Below are positions 26,435 to 40,802 of a stretch of DNA of 64,000 nucleotides, one piece after another. Both the position numbers and the translations under genes were made by a program. Source of the stretch: Ophelia neglecta. Taxonomy: Eukaryota. The notes beneath the pieces are model-generated. The model had not been told where the DNA came from and made no database searches. It was given only the letters and a program-made list of their open reading frames with translations. The DNA is taken from contig OZ260665.1 of the NCBI GenBank assembly GCA_965285935.1, positions 17,732,001 through 17,796,000 on the forward strand, read 5' to 3'. The stretch's first letter is position 1. Each line of letters opens with the position of its first letter.

Positions 26435-28140
26435 CATGCCTAAGCGAAGGATCCTGACCAAATGAACGTTTTTATGCCAGCAATGCTTAAAAATTCCCAG
26501 AAAATGCTGTACGAGGGCAGTGTACGAAATCTGGTGTACGACATCGGACACCCCGACGGCGATGAGCTCGTATTTTCATAGACGATTTCATTAATGTTCA
26601 CGGGAGTACAGGCTGAATGCCACATGGCCTCTGTGGTAATTAATCTAGTGAAAGTTCATGTCATCAGGGGCTTCATGTGGCCATCTGATTAATCTGATGG
26701 GGTATTAAAGTGGCTAGTGAACGATAATCAGCCTTACACGAAGTGTCAGGCTCCCTCGACCTTCACCATTGCCTCCGGGAAATTATCAGGGTAAATGCCA
26801 GCTTTGAGATGGAGTACAAACATGGCGCTCTCAGTAACGGACTGAGGAAGAACTGATAAGTAACAAGTAATATGGAATAATTCAGCATTTCGCATGAGTA
26901 AACTTCAAAGATGAATTCAAATTCAACTAGTGTCAGGCTTTAATGCCGATGGCAAAGTCTAACCTACGATTAAAAATAAGTCTGTTCATTTAAGTAGTAT
27001 GACGTGTATCTGCGCTTGACTCTGATTGTAAAAAAGGAGAATGTTTAAAGTAGGCAAAGGCTTATGATGTAAATGCATTTGTTTTTTTTATCATTTATTG
27101 GAAGTATGCTTTTGGCACCGAGTCTTGCGTAAAAAATAACAGGCTGTTGCCACTGTGGCCTCACAGGGTTGTGATAAATTAAGTCATTTGAGACCCCGCG
27201 CAGCGCATAAGCTTCAGCAGCCCGCCAGCCCGCTTTCATGTCGCTTTTTTTTACTTAAAAGGCGATCGATTCGGACGATGGCCTACATCAGGCAGTCTCA
27301 GACTCGCTTTGTTAATTTTCCCATTTAGTGTCAAGCATACCTGAAGTCTATAATTCCATTCAGTCACGACTTTAGCACTAGCCTGCTCACATCAAGCTGA
27401 AAACAACCAGCACGGGTCTTGGTAAGGAGTCCAAGAATGTCCAAACAAACTTGAAGGTGACAAGCATATTAGGTGGGGGGCTGTTTCTGACTCACCAAGG
27501 TGACTTGGTGACCTCTGCCGACAGTAAATTAAACAAAATTCCTTAAATGTCACGTGCACAAAGCCGCAGTAAACAGCAGTTTTTGGAATCTGACGCTGAT
27601 CCAGGGCTTGGCAACCCGTATTGGGCCATGGCCATTGCCATGGAATGACACACCACAAATAGCAATATTCTATGATTCCCTGCAGTAAGTGCCATGTGCC
27701 ATGTGAACGCTTTCAAAAACATGTTGACAACAGAGAGATAGTCTTAAATTCCAAAGAGGCCGACAGGTGGTTATTTGGAAGCAATATATGTGTCTAAACA
27801 TAAGACACATTGTTCTGACTCGTACTTGTGTATATGAGCTACGGGTACCATAGGTTTTAAGTCCGCTGGCTCCAAAACCTTTTATAATGGTACTCCATAT
27901 ATGAAATATACCAGTATATTGAGACCGGCGGAACCTTTGTGCTTAACGTCCTTATATCTTTATTTTGTGATTATTATTTAAGGAGGTTTTTGGCTGGGCC
28001 TGTCTTTAGGCCCTTGTTTATTGCCCGATGTCCTTAGCCTTGATGACAAAGGGCAATCTAAGGAGAATACCGATTCAGTGTCTTTAATAAGTTTAATCTT
28101 CAGTCGCCGCTGTGGGATTAAGCAGTAACAAACCAGTGGT

Positions 28141-28732
28141 TCATTAAACGTCATGGTTAAGGTAACAACTGTTGTTTTTCCAAATCAGAATTGGAGAGTC
28201 GAGTGTAGAGGGAGAATCTTGCTCCCAGGAATACAACGTGTTAGGCTCCCCCTTATAATACTTCATTTATATACAGGAGAACGTCGTTTTATCTGTAATG
28301 TCTGGGCCCAAAATACCAGGTGGAATTGATTTATTTTGGTTTTAAAAATCTTATCAATCAACAAAAACGCACATCGTGCATTGGGTAATACATCTTCTCG
28401 CAATATCATTTATGAGATACAACGTCTATTTAGCATATTTGACGGATTAATCGCTCAATAGCATCACCATATTTTCTAAAACAAACTAGTAAGAACATTA
28501 TACTTGGGAAACGATAGATTCAAGTATGAATAAGAATGCTTCTCAGGAAGTTATCCACATTCTCAATCCTACAATGCCAGCATGATAGTCACACAACTGT
28601 GCTGTTGGAATAAGCTCCATCTACAATTCTCCTTTCATGCGGCAGTAAGCTTCCGGTTTAGATTCATACCACGTATCCAGACTTGAAGGTAAAACTGTAC
28701 ATGCAATTGCCATTACAGCCCACCTTGCCTAA
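28141..28732 (-). pseudogene. C-type lectin domain pseudogene (EPN type), two pseudo-exons
   Basis: N-half (28732-28552): NGNCMYSF / LDTWYESKPEAYCRMKGEL*MELIPTAQLCDYHAGIVGLRMWI. C-half in one frame (28260-28141): YYKGEPNTLYSWEQDSPSTLDSPILIWKNNSCYLNHDV**, i.e. EPN, E.D(C>S; TCT from TGT) and a WND..C-like WKNNSC. Confidence 0.65.
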
Positions 28733-31173
28733 CTGTATATGTCACTATACTATTTAGTTACTGCCATATGTAAGAGGATACTAAACATAAGATGGTATGG
28801 GTATGATTTTGTATATCCATAAGACAGAGACCCTTTATTCGTGTTATGAGTCTGAAGCAGAAAGGTGTATTGTGCATCTAATTCGTCTAGGCGTTCCCTC
28901 GGGGCAGACATGGCTTCCGACATTATACACGTCTGCCCTATCTATCATATTTGAGTGATAAAAATGAGGTGGATGAAGTGAAATTCTCTATATCTCTGTT
29001 ATACATGTCTGACCACACGACACATGGTGACCATTTTTAAAATTTAAATTAGGAGCACTTAAATAACCCAGTAAAAACATAACTTAAAATATGACTTCTT
29101 TTACGCTAAGACTACTTTTTATTTTCTCGGGTCGCTTCATAAACGTTTTATATGTTCATGCTAGCTAACTGGTTTTTTTTTGCTGGCTAACCCTAGTTGG
29201 CTAACATACAAGGTAGATAATTTGAACTGTAAGCAACCTATCGTATGCCTAACTTAAGGTATGAATATGTTAATTTACCATTGATATTGACAGGATTTTC
29301 GTGTCCAGGTTTGAGTTAGAATATCATCAATCGCACATACAACTGCGTTAGATTTGGTTTTTCCAGTAAAGAAGCCATATAGATACGATCTAGCTCAAAT
29401 CCTAGCGAGAGAAATCTCGAGGTGGCCAACTGGTTAGGATTTAAGCTTACGAATCCAGGCTTAGATACTTGCTTGCTAAGCTTTTTGAAACCGTTTACCT
29501 TAGTAGATATAGCTGGCTAACGATCTATTACAATTCCATGAAAGAATGGGTAATACACGACCGAACGACAATGCTGATCATATTAAACAACCACTCTAAT
29601 GTTATGACTAGGTGTAAATAGGATGCCCGCGTGTAATTCCCTTGTATGTCTCCAATACCTTAATTATCTACTTTTTATTATATTTTCAGAATCATGCTCT
29701 GTTTTGGCTTGCAAGTTACTTGAATATGTCAAATACGATTCCCGTTTGGGCTTTTGTCAAATGATATCTCACAAATGTAAATTATCCTCTTTTTTGTCTT
29801 TTTTTTTGGGGGGGGGGGGTTGTTGAACATTAACCCTAGTATAATATTAAAAAGCAATTCACATTCCCTAGTAAGGGCGAATGTCTTGTGTAGCTTATTA
29901 TTCAGAAATGCCTGCAAAGTGGGAGCTGCCATTTGACAAAACATAAATGCGTCTCATGTTACACACAAATACGGTATAGGTGTGATAAATATCGGGCTTT
30001 TGACATTAAAGTATTGCCTTTAGCGCAAGATCCATTAATGAATTAGTTTTTGACGGCTGTCTTGGTTGCAATTATCATTTCTTATAATTCAACGGAAGTA
30101 AAAATAACACGAACACGGCAAGACTATAGACAACTTTTTTATACAGTGATTTTCTTTTTCTTCTGAACAAAAACTTCATTGTAAATGTTTTACATGACAG
30201 CAAGCTGTTGCGAACAATCACTTTTGATCCATTTCTATATTGCTTCGGAGATAGTATAGGCGGGTGATCTTTCGTCCCGCTAATCTCTGGAGGAAATGTA
30301 AATAAAACAATGATATGCAAATAGTCAGAGTGGTTCAACGAACAATGAACCTATAAATAAAATCTTTCAAGGACCGGATGTTTATAATCACTATGCAGCA
30401 AATTTCTTTTAGTGTAGTTATATTAGACCACTTGTATGGTCAATAGGTCCCCTGAGTGTCTGAAAAATACAATTCTAGACGGCAGGCACCAGTTAACCAG
30501 TGTGATTTGTATGTGATCTTATAAGTTCTATCAGCACATAGGTGATAAAATGTGTTTTTCCATATGAGTTTTCTCCTCCACAAACCTCTAAGTCTGAATT
30601 TCTATTTTAAGATGTATCAAATTCACGACCCATCGTTTCTTTGTACCAATTTGTTTATACCAATTAATAAAACACAACGCAATAGGCAAACGCTAGACCA
30701 ATATCGAACTGTATGTCCTACATCAACTCCCCTTATCAGTTGTAGTATGAAATAATGCTCTCTGCTTTGATCGTCTTATATACTTGAAGTATATACATTG
30801 TCAATCAGCTGAAAGCGTTTGAACAAAAAAGTATAGATTAGGATTAATAAACTTAAAGGTTTTGGGCTGCTCGTTTTTAGCAGCATTGCTTATAACATTA
30901 TGTACAAGAGCCCATATTTCCGTAAGCCAAATATTTCAATCATGAAACAAAGTGGAAACTGAATATTTTCTCATTGACAAAAACTACGTATTCAACGAAG
31001 CGCCACATCGGTGTGTATCAGCATGTGGTTATGCGTTTAATTGGAGGCGTTAATATTAAAATCGACGACAAGGATTAAAAACAAATTACAGAGCAATCAA
31101 TTATGCCCAGTATAAAATCTCCTGTGAATTAGGATATCAAGATATGGAACAGGATTTGTATTAAAAGAACATA

Positions 31174-31745
31174 TAGTAGTAGTAGTAGTAGTTTATTTCT
31201 CCTCAACTTAATGAGAGCATACAAAATACAAAAGCTAATCAACAAAACATATTGAGACAAAATAAATACTCACTAGTAACCTTCCGACTATACCAAACTG
31301 TGATTCATATATTCAATTTCTTACATATCAATTTACCAACAAAGACGTGTAACATTTAAAATTATTTGAATTTAAAATTATAAGAATTCAAACTTATATA
31401 AGCACTTTGCGAATGGTCCGAATGACTGTATTACATGTTCGACAAAACCTAGGTGAAATTCATCCCCGATGCCCAAACAGTATTTGACGAACGTATTAGG
31501 TTCTAAGTTAAAAAGGAACACCGATTCTGAAACCTCCAATATATCAAATATAACTTCCCAAAACAAGTCTCTAGTGTCACGAAGTTCCCTGCAGCCATTA
31601 TCTGAGAGTAAATGGCTATATGGACATACAACAGTTTCTTGACACAAAACACAAGTGACACGTAAAGCCGAATTATACAACGCCAGAAGACTCGCTAAAT
31701 TAACACAATTGTTCTTTAGGCAAACATTAGAAAAAAGTGGAGAAA
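31174..31745 (-). mobile_element. 3' fragment of a non-LTR retrotransposon (ORF2 C-terminal zinc knuckle, 3' UTR, (CTA)n tail)
   Basis: The frame CVLCQETVVCPYSHLLSDNGCRELRDTRDLFWEVI is a CCHC-type knuckle and ends at 31378. On the minus strand, AATAAA (31197-31192) is followed immediately by (CTA)6. Confidence 0.8.
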
Positions 31746-33584
31746 ATCATGGAGATCCTCCGGCTGGCACCGGCTGGAAGGTCAGGCTGTCAACGCAAAA
31801 TTACAGACAGGCCCAATCTGATTACCTATAGATGCGCGATGAGGAGCAGGTAACAGACACAGAGTCATTCAAGTAAAGTTCGGGTTTGTAACCGACAGAA
31901 ACTTTCTAGATTTTTTCCAGTTACTTAAGTGTTTAGAGAAGCAGTATTCTTTTATATGTATTTACAGCATCAGTAATTTGTTCTGTATGGTGTAAGGTTG
32001 TTTACTAGTACGTCTATTGCTAGTACGTCTATCAAACGCTTGGGAGCCAAGATTGTATTAATACATTTTCAACAAAGACTGGGTCACCAAATCTTTTAGA
32101 GGGAAGAAAGGAAGGCTGATCGACCACAACAAACCCAGGGCTATCACCAATAATAAGTTTAATATACCATAATTTATCCAAGTGTGTAGCATTCTTAAAG
32201 CTATCACTGTGGAATCCCCTCTTTGGTCATACGCACGTGCCCAAATCTTAACCATAATTCCTCAACAAACATAATGTCGTGTGGTAAATCAATCAACGTC
32301 ATATCGTCGGTACGCCCCCGTTATTTAACATCCTTTTATTCTTGTCTCATTTTTGTTTCTCGCCCCACGCCCCTCCCCCGTATGTCAGACATCCTAATGG
32401 TAAAGGCACACAACATCACTAACAGACTACTAATGGGTGAGCTGGAAGAAAGAGCCATAGTTCATACGATAACCTATTTGTTGCCTTAGTATGATCCTCA
32501 CTGAAAACAGTAGCATTTGAGTGTTTAGCATCTCTGCATATCTGGTGTAGGTCAACGATGCCAGCAGGGGCTACGGACTCTCTCACAAGCGCTTTCGGGC
32601 TGATTTAGTGGTCTGTTCGTCATTTATGTTTTTTGGTTCAAATGATTCAAGTTGAGCATAATTTAAGAATAACGGTTCGGATTCAATATCAACCGAAGGG
32701 GATACTAGTAGGCAAATCCAAATGCATGTAGCTTGATTGTAATATTGTATAAATACAACTTTTATAACAAGCCATCAATACAATGAGCATATTCCAAGCA
32801 AAAATATCCAACCGCAGGCCGTTAAGAATGCGCAAGTAATCTCCAAATGATAAAATAGCTGCTAGCCGGCAGAATGTAGATTCTGTTCAAGGAGTTGTTT
32901 TTAGTACCAGTGGCCATTGTTTGTTCTAATCGTTCTAATAACAAATAACTGCAGGGTTGTTTATATATGTTTATATATGTGGGCTCAGCCAGAAACTTCA
33001 TTTGTGAGATTAGTTCTCTAGCTTTTGGTGTGTTTACTGTAGTGGGTTTGTAAAGTCATCCAGAGGGATTGTTGCAGACTATTTTTAATTTAAGGTTTGG
33101 AAGTAAGGGTGTCATACAAATGCACAACTCGTTAGGTAACGTTGGCGTGCTGAATAGATGTTTCGTTTATCAGTAAAATTACAATAACGTTACGGACTAT
33201 GTTTCACATGGACTATTATCAATATGTTCATGTTTTACAAATGAAAGCTCTAGAATATGTAAGCTATACAATTGGTAAGCACGGGCTTAGTTCGATGTTA
33301 TGGTATCACTAGCAAACCCATATCTGTATGTAATTTGTAATGTAAAATATTGTTGACGCAATTTTTATTGTAGCTTAATTTAAACCATAGGAAAAACGAA
33401 TCAAATGAGAGATTGGGGTTCATACACATTTGGTTAAACACAGTAGTAGATATCCGAAGGACACGACATAATCTTTAATCAAACATAGTCCATTAAGAAT
33501 GCGTGATGCCGTCTTGTACATACGGAATTTAACTTATACTCAGAATGGGTCCCTGCACTCCGTCACAGCCCTGGGGTTATAATA

Positions 33585-33910
33585 CTTCGGCATGAAATAT
33601 ACTATTATCTGTAGCCGCGGAATAAAATTAACTAGGATTTCAAGACCATATCCTAAATGTATCATAATTGCTACACATATTTTTATTTCAAGACCCTTGG
33701 ATTCCCGGATTGGGGTAAGAGTTATTTTACTCTCAGGGGACTTTTTAAACTTTACCCCCGGACTTTTACTTACCCAAATGCGGGAGTCCCCGATCTTGAA
33801 ATACTAATATTTTAATCCGGCGGTCCAGAAATTATTATTAAGGATGATGTCTTGAAATCCTGTTTTTAAAGCGTCCGCCGGGCCTACAATACTGGTGTGT
33901 TTCGTCCCCG
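33585..33910. mobile_element. Fold-back (palindromic) MITE
   Basis: Paired arms: AGGATTTCAAGAC (about 33634) with GTCTTGAAATCCT (about 33849), and TATTTCAAGAC..TTCCCG.ATTGGGGTAAG with CTTACCCAAATGCGGGAG..TCTTGAAATA. Confidence 0.7.
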
Positions 33911-36900
33911 TGGTTTAATTACTCTAGACATTTGGTTCCGGGGATTTAAAGGCCGAGTCACCAAATAATCTTTTACACAGGCAATAATTAGATGTTCGTT
34001 GCAAATCAGAAAAAGTATTAAATTTCACATATTTGAAAAAGTAATGTGCACTGTTACTCAAGAAGCCTTAGTATACAACGCAATTTCAACCATACACTTG
34101 TTATCTCGCATTTCAACAGGGCGTCTCCTTTTTGTTAACCTCCTGACAATGTTTTGAACTTGATCTATTTGATATCTTAAGCTCCCTGGAATTACACGAT
34201 GGAACCTGGGCGTACCTATCGGGTGCGGTGCTGGTTTTCTGCTATAATAGCAGCCCCCGGAAGCGTGCCTAAGAGTAAAAAATAACAAACATGACCCGCA
34301 GATATGTCTATGGCAGACATGGAACCTGCGAGATACAACGAAACCACATGCCAAATAGGTAGAGGCCACACATTGACTAGACTTAGAAAAACATTGCATG
34401 ATCCTGCCAAGAATGACTCTGCTCCATTTACGTTTAACGGTGATAGACTACGATACATGGCATATCACTTTAGAAGCAGCCGATCACCATTTAAAAAGCT
34501 AAGAAATATGTTCTGTGAATCAGTGTTCAATGGATCTGGACAGTCACTGTCAATGTATTTGCATGGTCCAGAGCACAGATAATTTGTAAGCATTTGCGTG
34601 GCCGGATTTTAAGATCAGTCCGAAACTATGATCAAAAACTGGTCCTGGCCCTTTTTTCTGCAAAATATAGGGGAATGCTAAACAATAACTTGATACGAAA
34701 AGGAAGTATGCCACTACAACAATTTCATTTCCGAGTACATTTCTTGTTTAAGTGCATTGCTTTTTGATATTCATTAACCGTTACAGTAAATGAAATATCA
34801 ATATTTGTTCTTGTACACAACTGCTTTAGTGCACAAAGACGATAATGCAAGTAACAATGATATGTTCCATCATATATTACGTTTTTTTTAACGACAAGAC
34901 TGATTGCTGATCTAAGGTGCACGGAGAGGTATCATAATTTTCGCAGTTTCACGACATGCAAACTTTTAGTTACATCAGGGCTCTTGTGTTAATCGTCCTT
35001 TGTTCAAAAGTACCCCACATCATGTCTCTTAATGTAACAGATTGTGATGTAAAGGCAAATCTAAAAATATGTCCTCTACAATTATTATAAAATTGGACTT
35101 GTCATTAAATCCATTACTATGATATTGTACTTGCGAACCTTGGGAGTCATATCTTTTTCACCAGGATTGGAAGTCAGGCATGCAATACTAGCACATGTTC
35201 ATCGTTCTTGCTTCATTGGTAAAATGTGTCAGAGATCCCCTTTCACCAGTCAGACAACCTCAATACTTCTTCCCATTTCAGTGTTATTCCGGAGCATCTA
35301 CTATATAAAACGCACAAATGGCTTGCCATCAAACACTATTCAAACATCCATGAGTATTTTCATCGACCGTAATACACCGAAGGCAATTACTTGCCAGTAT
35401 TATTTGTTCATCCTTTCTAAACATTAAGTTCGGCATTGTTGCTTTGTGCTATAGGGACCAGTGAAAACACTGCCTAAAGTCGCGTTTTTTTTCTTGCAAA
35501 GCTTGAGTCAGTTCCTGAGATTCGGTGGGATAGCGAATCTGTCATTATCCCTGTGTTTGTTATCTCTAAATTTATTGAAATATAGCACGCTCCATCTCAT
35601 TTTTAAACCAACGCAAAGAATGCCTGTTAGGTTTAGTATTTCCACCAGTAGTTTTTTTCTGTCGAGACGTTATTGGCTTCATAACTCTACTGCTAGTATT
35701 ACCAAGTACTTTCTTAAGGACAATCTATATCATAAACCGGGATGTTGGCTTGTAGGCTGGTTATACTTCATGGCGTTATAATGGGTGGGCGAAATCAAAA
35801 TAACTAACAACTTTGTGCTGTCATTTAACTAGTTCCTTTGAAGAGCATGTACTCATTTCGTGGCTTAAACTCTTTTTAATATTAAAATATTGACTTTTCG
35901 TAGAGGGTATAAGAATTTTTACCATTATTTTGATGTTGACGTCCATGAACACGAACAGGTAAGTGTAAACATCCCCGAGTTTTTATTCAGCCAACAAAGG
36001 TGACATACATGTAGGTATGTATACAGCATGCCAATAAGATAAAGTTGGTGTGTTCAAAACAGTGCTGATGTGGCAAATACACAGTCAATGAATATTACTT
36101 AAATCAACAGTTAAAAAATAGCCGCAGTTGTTGATTAAAATTGTTCATACATGAGGAAGCAGTGAAATAACATTATGCAATAGATAGTTATTTAATTGTG
36201 GTTGCTCATAAATTCGAGTTTTTTTATTACCAAAAGTGTCCGATTGAAATTTTGTTCAGACATTTTGCAATAAATACCTCGTAAACATAATAAAAATGAT
36301 ATATTTTGAAGGGTGTTGCCTGCTGGGAGGTAACCGTAATGTCTAATCCACAAATTGCCCCGTTATAATTGATGAAATATTTACTGGTACAGCGATATAA
36401 GTGCTTTACTTTCAGGTAGAGCAGTATATTGTTATTTAAGGCGTTTGATCCTATAAACCCGAACTCTTAAATCTTAATTTGCGGTTGAAACTGTTGATAA
36501 AGGAAAGCGTGTATACTGATATTTTTTGAGAGGTCAAAGTGTCTTTGATAAATAAAAATTAACGTGGTGAATACACCGTTGATCATTTTAACAAAGTTAA
36601 TTAAACGGCTATAATACGAAAGGAAGTAAACGTAATCCAGTAGCATCATGTTTATAATCTAACAGCTTAAAAGCTACATATTTTCTTAGCCTAGTTTTTT
36701 GATAAAAATTGACAATGTCGTCATTATTGTCAAATCTGTTTACTCTAGATTGTGTAGCATCTCTTCTTAGCATCATTTCGAAATCCATTTTTGTGGGAAG
36801 AATAGGGTCATTTAGTCCCGACATTACTAACCTTTAATGATGTCGAAGTCTGCTGTTTTGCTGCATCCATGAAAACAAAACTCAGGTGTCCATATATGAT

Positions 36901-39900
36901 GTGGATAGCAAACAGACCACCCCAAATTATTTAAACAGGAATAATAGGTTTTACTTATACATCAAGAACCGTAAGCTGAAAAATCTAAACTTTCAGCGCC
37001 CATCTACAAAGCTTTTATATTAATATATAGAATTCATTTTGTTTGAGTACAAGTCAATAATATTCCAAGCCAAGAGTAAAACCATCAAACTTACGAGAGG
37101 CTATTTATAATAATAAATAAGTGATAATGCGATTGCGAAGTCTCCGACGGACTGTAAGACCTTTGAGACACTGCTTGACATGTCATCCTAAAAAAACGAC
37201 GAAAACTGCCATTGAACGCCGAGGTAATTGAAAGATGTTTTCATGGAAGTACTCGAATCATATAGCTATAGGTTGTTTCCATAATATGGTATGATAGAAC
37301 TCATAATTGTAAATTAAGAAGCCGGACACCGTTGAGCACATATTTAGGTGTCGAATTACTTACTGAAAAACAGCATAAAACACTATGTGTCCAATAACAT
37401 TGATGGCTTAGCTCAAATCGCTGATATGGGTCTAAAGCCGGTAGCGGATACCTGCCTGGCCGGCAAAGCAAATTTATCAGATTTAGGTATTGATCATAAA
37501 TGTTTACATACAGCACAACATAGAAACAAATGAAGGTATAGGCTTCCGGGGCCATCCAACAATGCACCCACTGATGTTATTCGTGGGTGTTTTTATTTAT
37601 TTATATACCGTTTGGACGAAAGACCAACATAATTCATAAGTGGACTGCACCATAAGCATAAAGGACTTTTTTCTTCAAAATTACATATGTATATTGTAAA
37701 ATACATTCACTTCTTATCTGGAGAACTTTGTGTCTGAGAAAGGAAAATAAAAAACGAACCAATGTGCTAGTCAAATTGATAATAATAATTATCATTGATC
37801 ATTATGAACTGATTATCTCTAGCTTCAATAATTAAGAACACAATAAGAAGTCTTGGTTTGCAGGAGTTTGCCTACCGGGGTCATAGATAATCCTCGATGT
37901 CGAAGTATGTTCTCTCGCCAACCAGGCAGGCTAGCAGACATTCTTTTGCCGTAGCCGAAACAACTTAACATTTAGGTAGTCACTTTGCACCCTCCACAGT
38001 TAGCGGCTTTCTTATATTGCAAATGCTAAGCAAATAATATTTTTCCTGCGGATGAGCTTATTCACAAGTGGCCTCAAGCTGGGATAAGGATAAGAAGTAA
38101 CACCTTCATCAGGTGTCCATCTGCCTCACTTGAGCCACTAATGTTCCGTAACGGAGCGTTAACCTTGGTTCGCCCATTTCCCAGGCACCAATACATCAGG
38201 TTCAATGTGATAATCCACAAGCAATAGTCTATATATTTACAAAACTGTTCGTTGTTTATCCTCTGTCGAACCTAGTTGCTACCCAGTAAGATTGTTTTAC
38301 AAAAAAATAATATGTCTCTTTTTCAGTTAAGGGCAGGGGATGGAGTGAAAGGGGGTTCATCCTGATAATTTAACGCAATCTGCGAATTCTATTTTCTCAC
38401 GAAAGGAAAGCATTGTTAGAATGGCAACAGTTTGGGCCTTTTTCATAAGGGCCTTTCAAAGAGACTAATATACATAATTCTGTATGATCATAAATAAAGA
38501 TTACATCATTTTATTCTCGATTAAATTTACCTATGCATATTTTCCCCATAAGTATCAGAGTATTCACAATATAAATTATCTCTTTTATATTATCACAAAG
38601 GCCCTTTACAAAAGTACCAGACATCTGAACTGAGAGTTAGTGGTGACCATGGTATAGAACGATTAGCAAGGTGTCTAGGTATATCAATGCATTGTGCAGT
38701 ATCATTTACACTTGGTCGACTCGCCAGGCGATAAATCTACTTGATAGAAGATAAATATAGTTGTTCTGTCGACGGACAGAATAAAGATCCATAATGCGAG
38801 GGGTTACTTTATTAGATTATGGTCCAAATGAGCGTATGTATCCAATAGCCGTCGGTGTTTTATGCTACATATCAGTTACACGAGCAGTTGGCAGCAAGAG
38901 AGCGAAATATATTATATACCATATATCATATATCATCATTGGAACAAACAGGTTTTACCTCTTTCTGAAAGGTTAATACATTTGTGCATCAACAAATATT
39001 TCTATTACACCAATTTTGATTAAGCAAAGCTTGCACTTTAACATTTACTAGATTTTGAGATTGTTTTTAAATGAATATTAGTAAGGGTCTAATAAGGTGC
39101 ATGAATCTTTTATATTTGAAAAAAAATCATTCCGTCACTGTAAATTGCAATCTGGTTCTCTCTAAATTCAAATTTGTAAATGAGAATTGAGATTAGAGGC
39201 AAGTGATGTAGATTGGTTAAGGTCTACGAGGGTACACTTATCAAATATTTCAATGTTCTCAAAACTTCTACCAAATAATGTGAATTCAAGTAGTTCCACC
39301 CTGTGTTATACAGCAACGTTTGGGTAAAATCAGGGACGCTTTAGGTTAACAAAACCCAAATTAGAAATAAGTCAACCGGTTACTTTGATGTAACTAAAAT
39401 CGAGAAAGAAACCAATATGTGGTCAATGTTGGAAAAGATAAGTTTATTCTCTCTTCTTTGTTGGAACCATTAGTTTGTCTTGTTTGGGCGATGTCTAGTA
39501 TAAACAAGGGCATTGAAAACTGCCGTTCTTTCTCTACATATGTCAGCCATTAACATAAGTAATATCATTAAAATATCTTATAACGTAGAAACATTTGATT
39601 TTATGGTTTTACTTTCCACCACCCGCATTTCTTCAAATTACTTTCCCCTCTTTTTCGCTTGGAACTATTTTAATAAGTTGTATCCCGGTGATCATGTCAG
39701 AATCTTTCCTGTGGGAAAACTACAAGCTCTCACTGTAACATAAAAAGGTCACATTGGCAATTAATGACGGCTGGTATGATGAGTGGAAGGCTTGGAATAG
39801 CAACAATGCTATTCAAAAAAATCAAATGTTTCACGATTGATGAGGGGTATGGTCCGTCTTTTAATGACAAGATGAGGTATTTACTGGCATGGCGATATTT

Positions 39901-40479
39901 CCGCAACGATCTGACCAGATGATGGTCTCTCGACACTTGCTAAGTATGGATTCAATGCAGGTTCTTTACAAGTTAATTGCACGTAGCAGGCCTGACCGGA
40001 AATTATAAATAGTTACTTTTCATCGCGGCATAACCAAGTACAACCGTATTATGTCAAGCGTTAAAGCTAGATCTAAAAAGGCTTTTTCGGCTGTAGATTA
40101 TTTATGAACCTACGAATCGATGCTTTCTTTCCCCGTTTCACCGATCCCATATCACGCTTCGTCTGGTAACGAATCACGCTTGGCGTCTCGCTACCGGTCT
40201 TTTGCAATCATTTGCATGCTCATTCGGCATTGCATGGCTGTATTTTCGATACTGTCGCGACGTAGGTATCAATTACATCTGTATTAATCGCGCGTTTGAC
40301 ATACAATTCGTGGACACAATATAATATATAAAAAAAAACCGTCCACTAGGCATTGGGTTCTGCTACCATCATCAGGTTTTTTTTCTACATTTAAATGCCA
40401 GCATTTGGTTAAAAATTTAATCATAAAAACTGGCATCGTATTATGTGCGCTCATGAGAGTCATTCAGTAACAACGGCAC

Positions 40480-40802
40480 AAATAATAAAAGAATTTCATT
40501 TGTTAAAAGCCTTCTCACTCTATAATTGTCTTGCTTCGCTGTAAAGCAATGCGTGGGGAGGCTTGTACCTGCATGACCAACGCACAGGTCTGCTACTATA
40601 TTGCTGCAGTATGGTATCAACAGACTTCCCTTGGTGAAGGTGGAAAGTACCTGCCGTAAACTTGCAATCATGCAATGCAAAAACAATGTCGACTAGAGCC
40701 AATAAACTATAGGCTTAACAAGCAAAACATCTGAATTTGTGAGTGATCCATTGAGGTAGCTCCATCTATCACATTCATACATGCGGACTACAACCAGAGT
40801 GC
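40480..40802 (+). pseudogene. C-type lectin domain remnant
   Basis: NNKRISFVKSLLT / RCKAMRGEACTCMTNAQVCYYIAAV ... IGLTSKTSEFVSD / GSSIYHIHTCGLQPEC. The DNA CCAAC-GCACAGGTCTGCTACTATATTGCTG resembles CCAACAGCACAGTTGTGTGACTATCATGCTG in the 28.6-kb copy. Confidence 0.5.

Noticed and set aside
29128-29550. PIF/Harbinger-like MITE, possibly related to 54870-55010
   Set aside because: It shares short words (TTAGGATTTAAG), but matching termini and a TSD could not be established.
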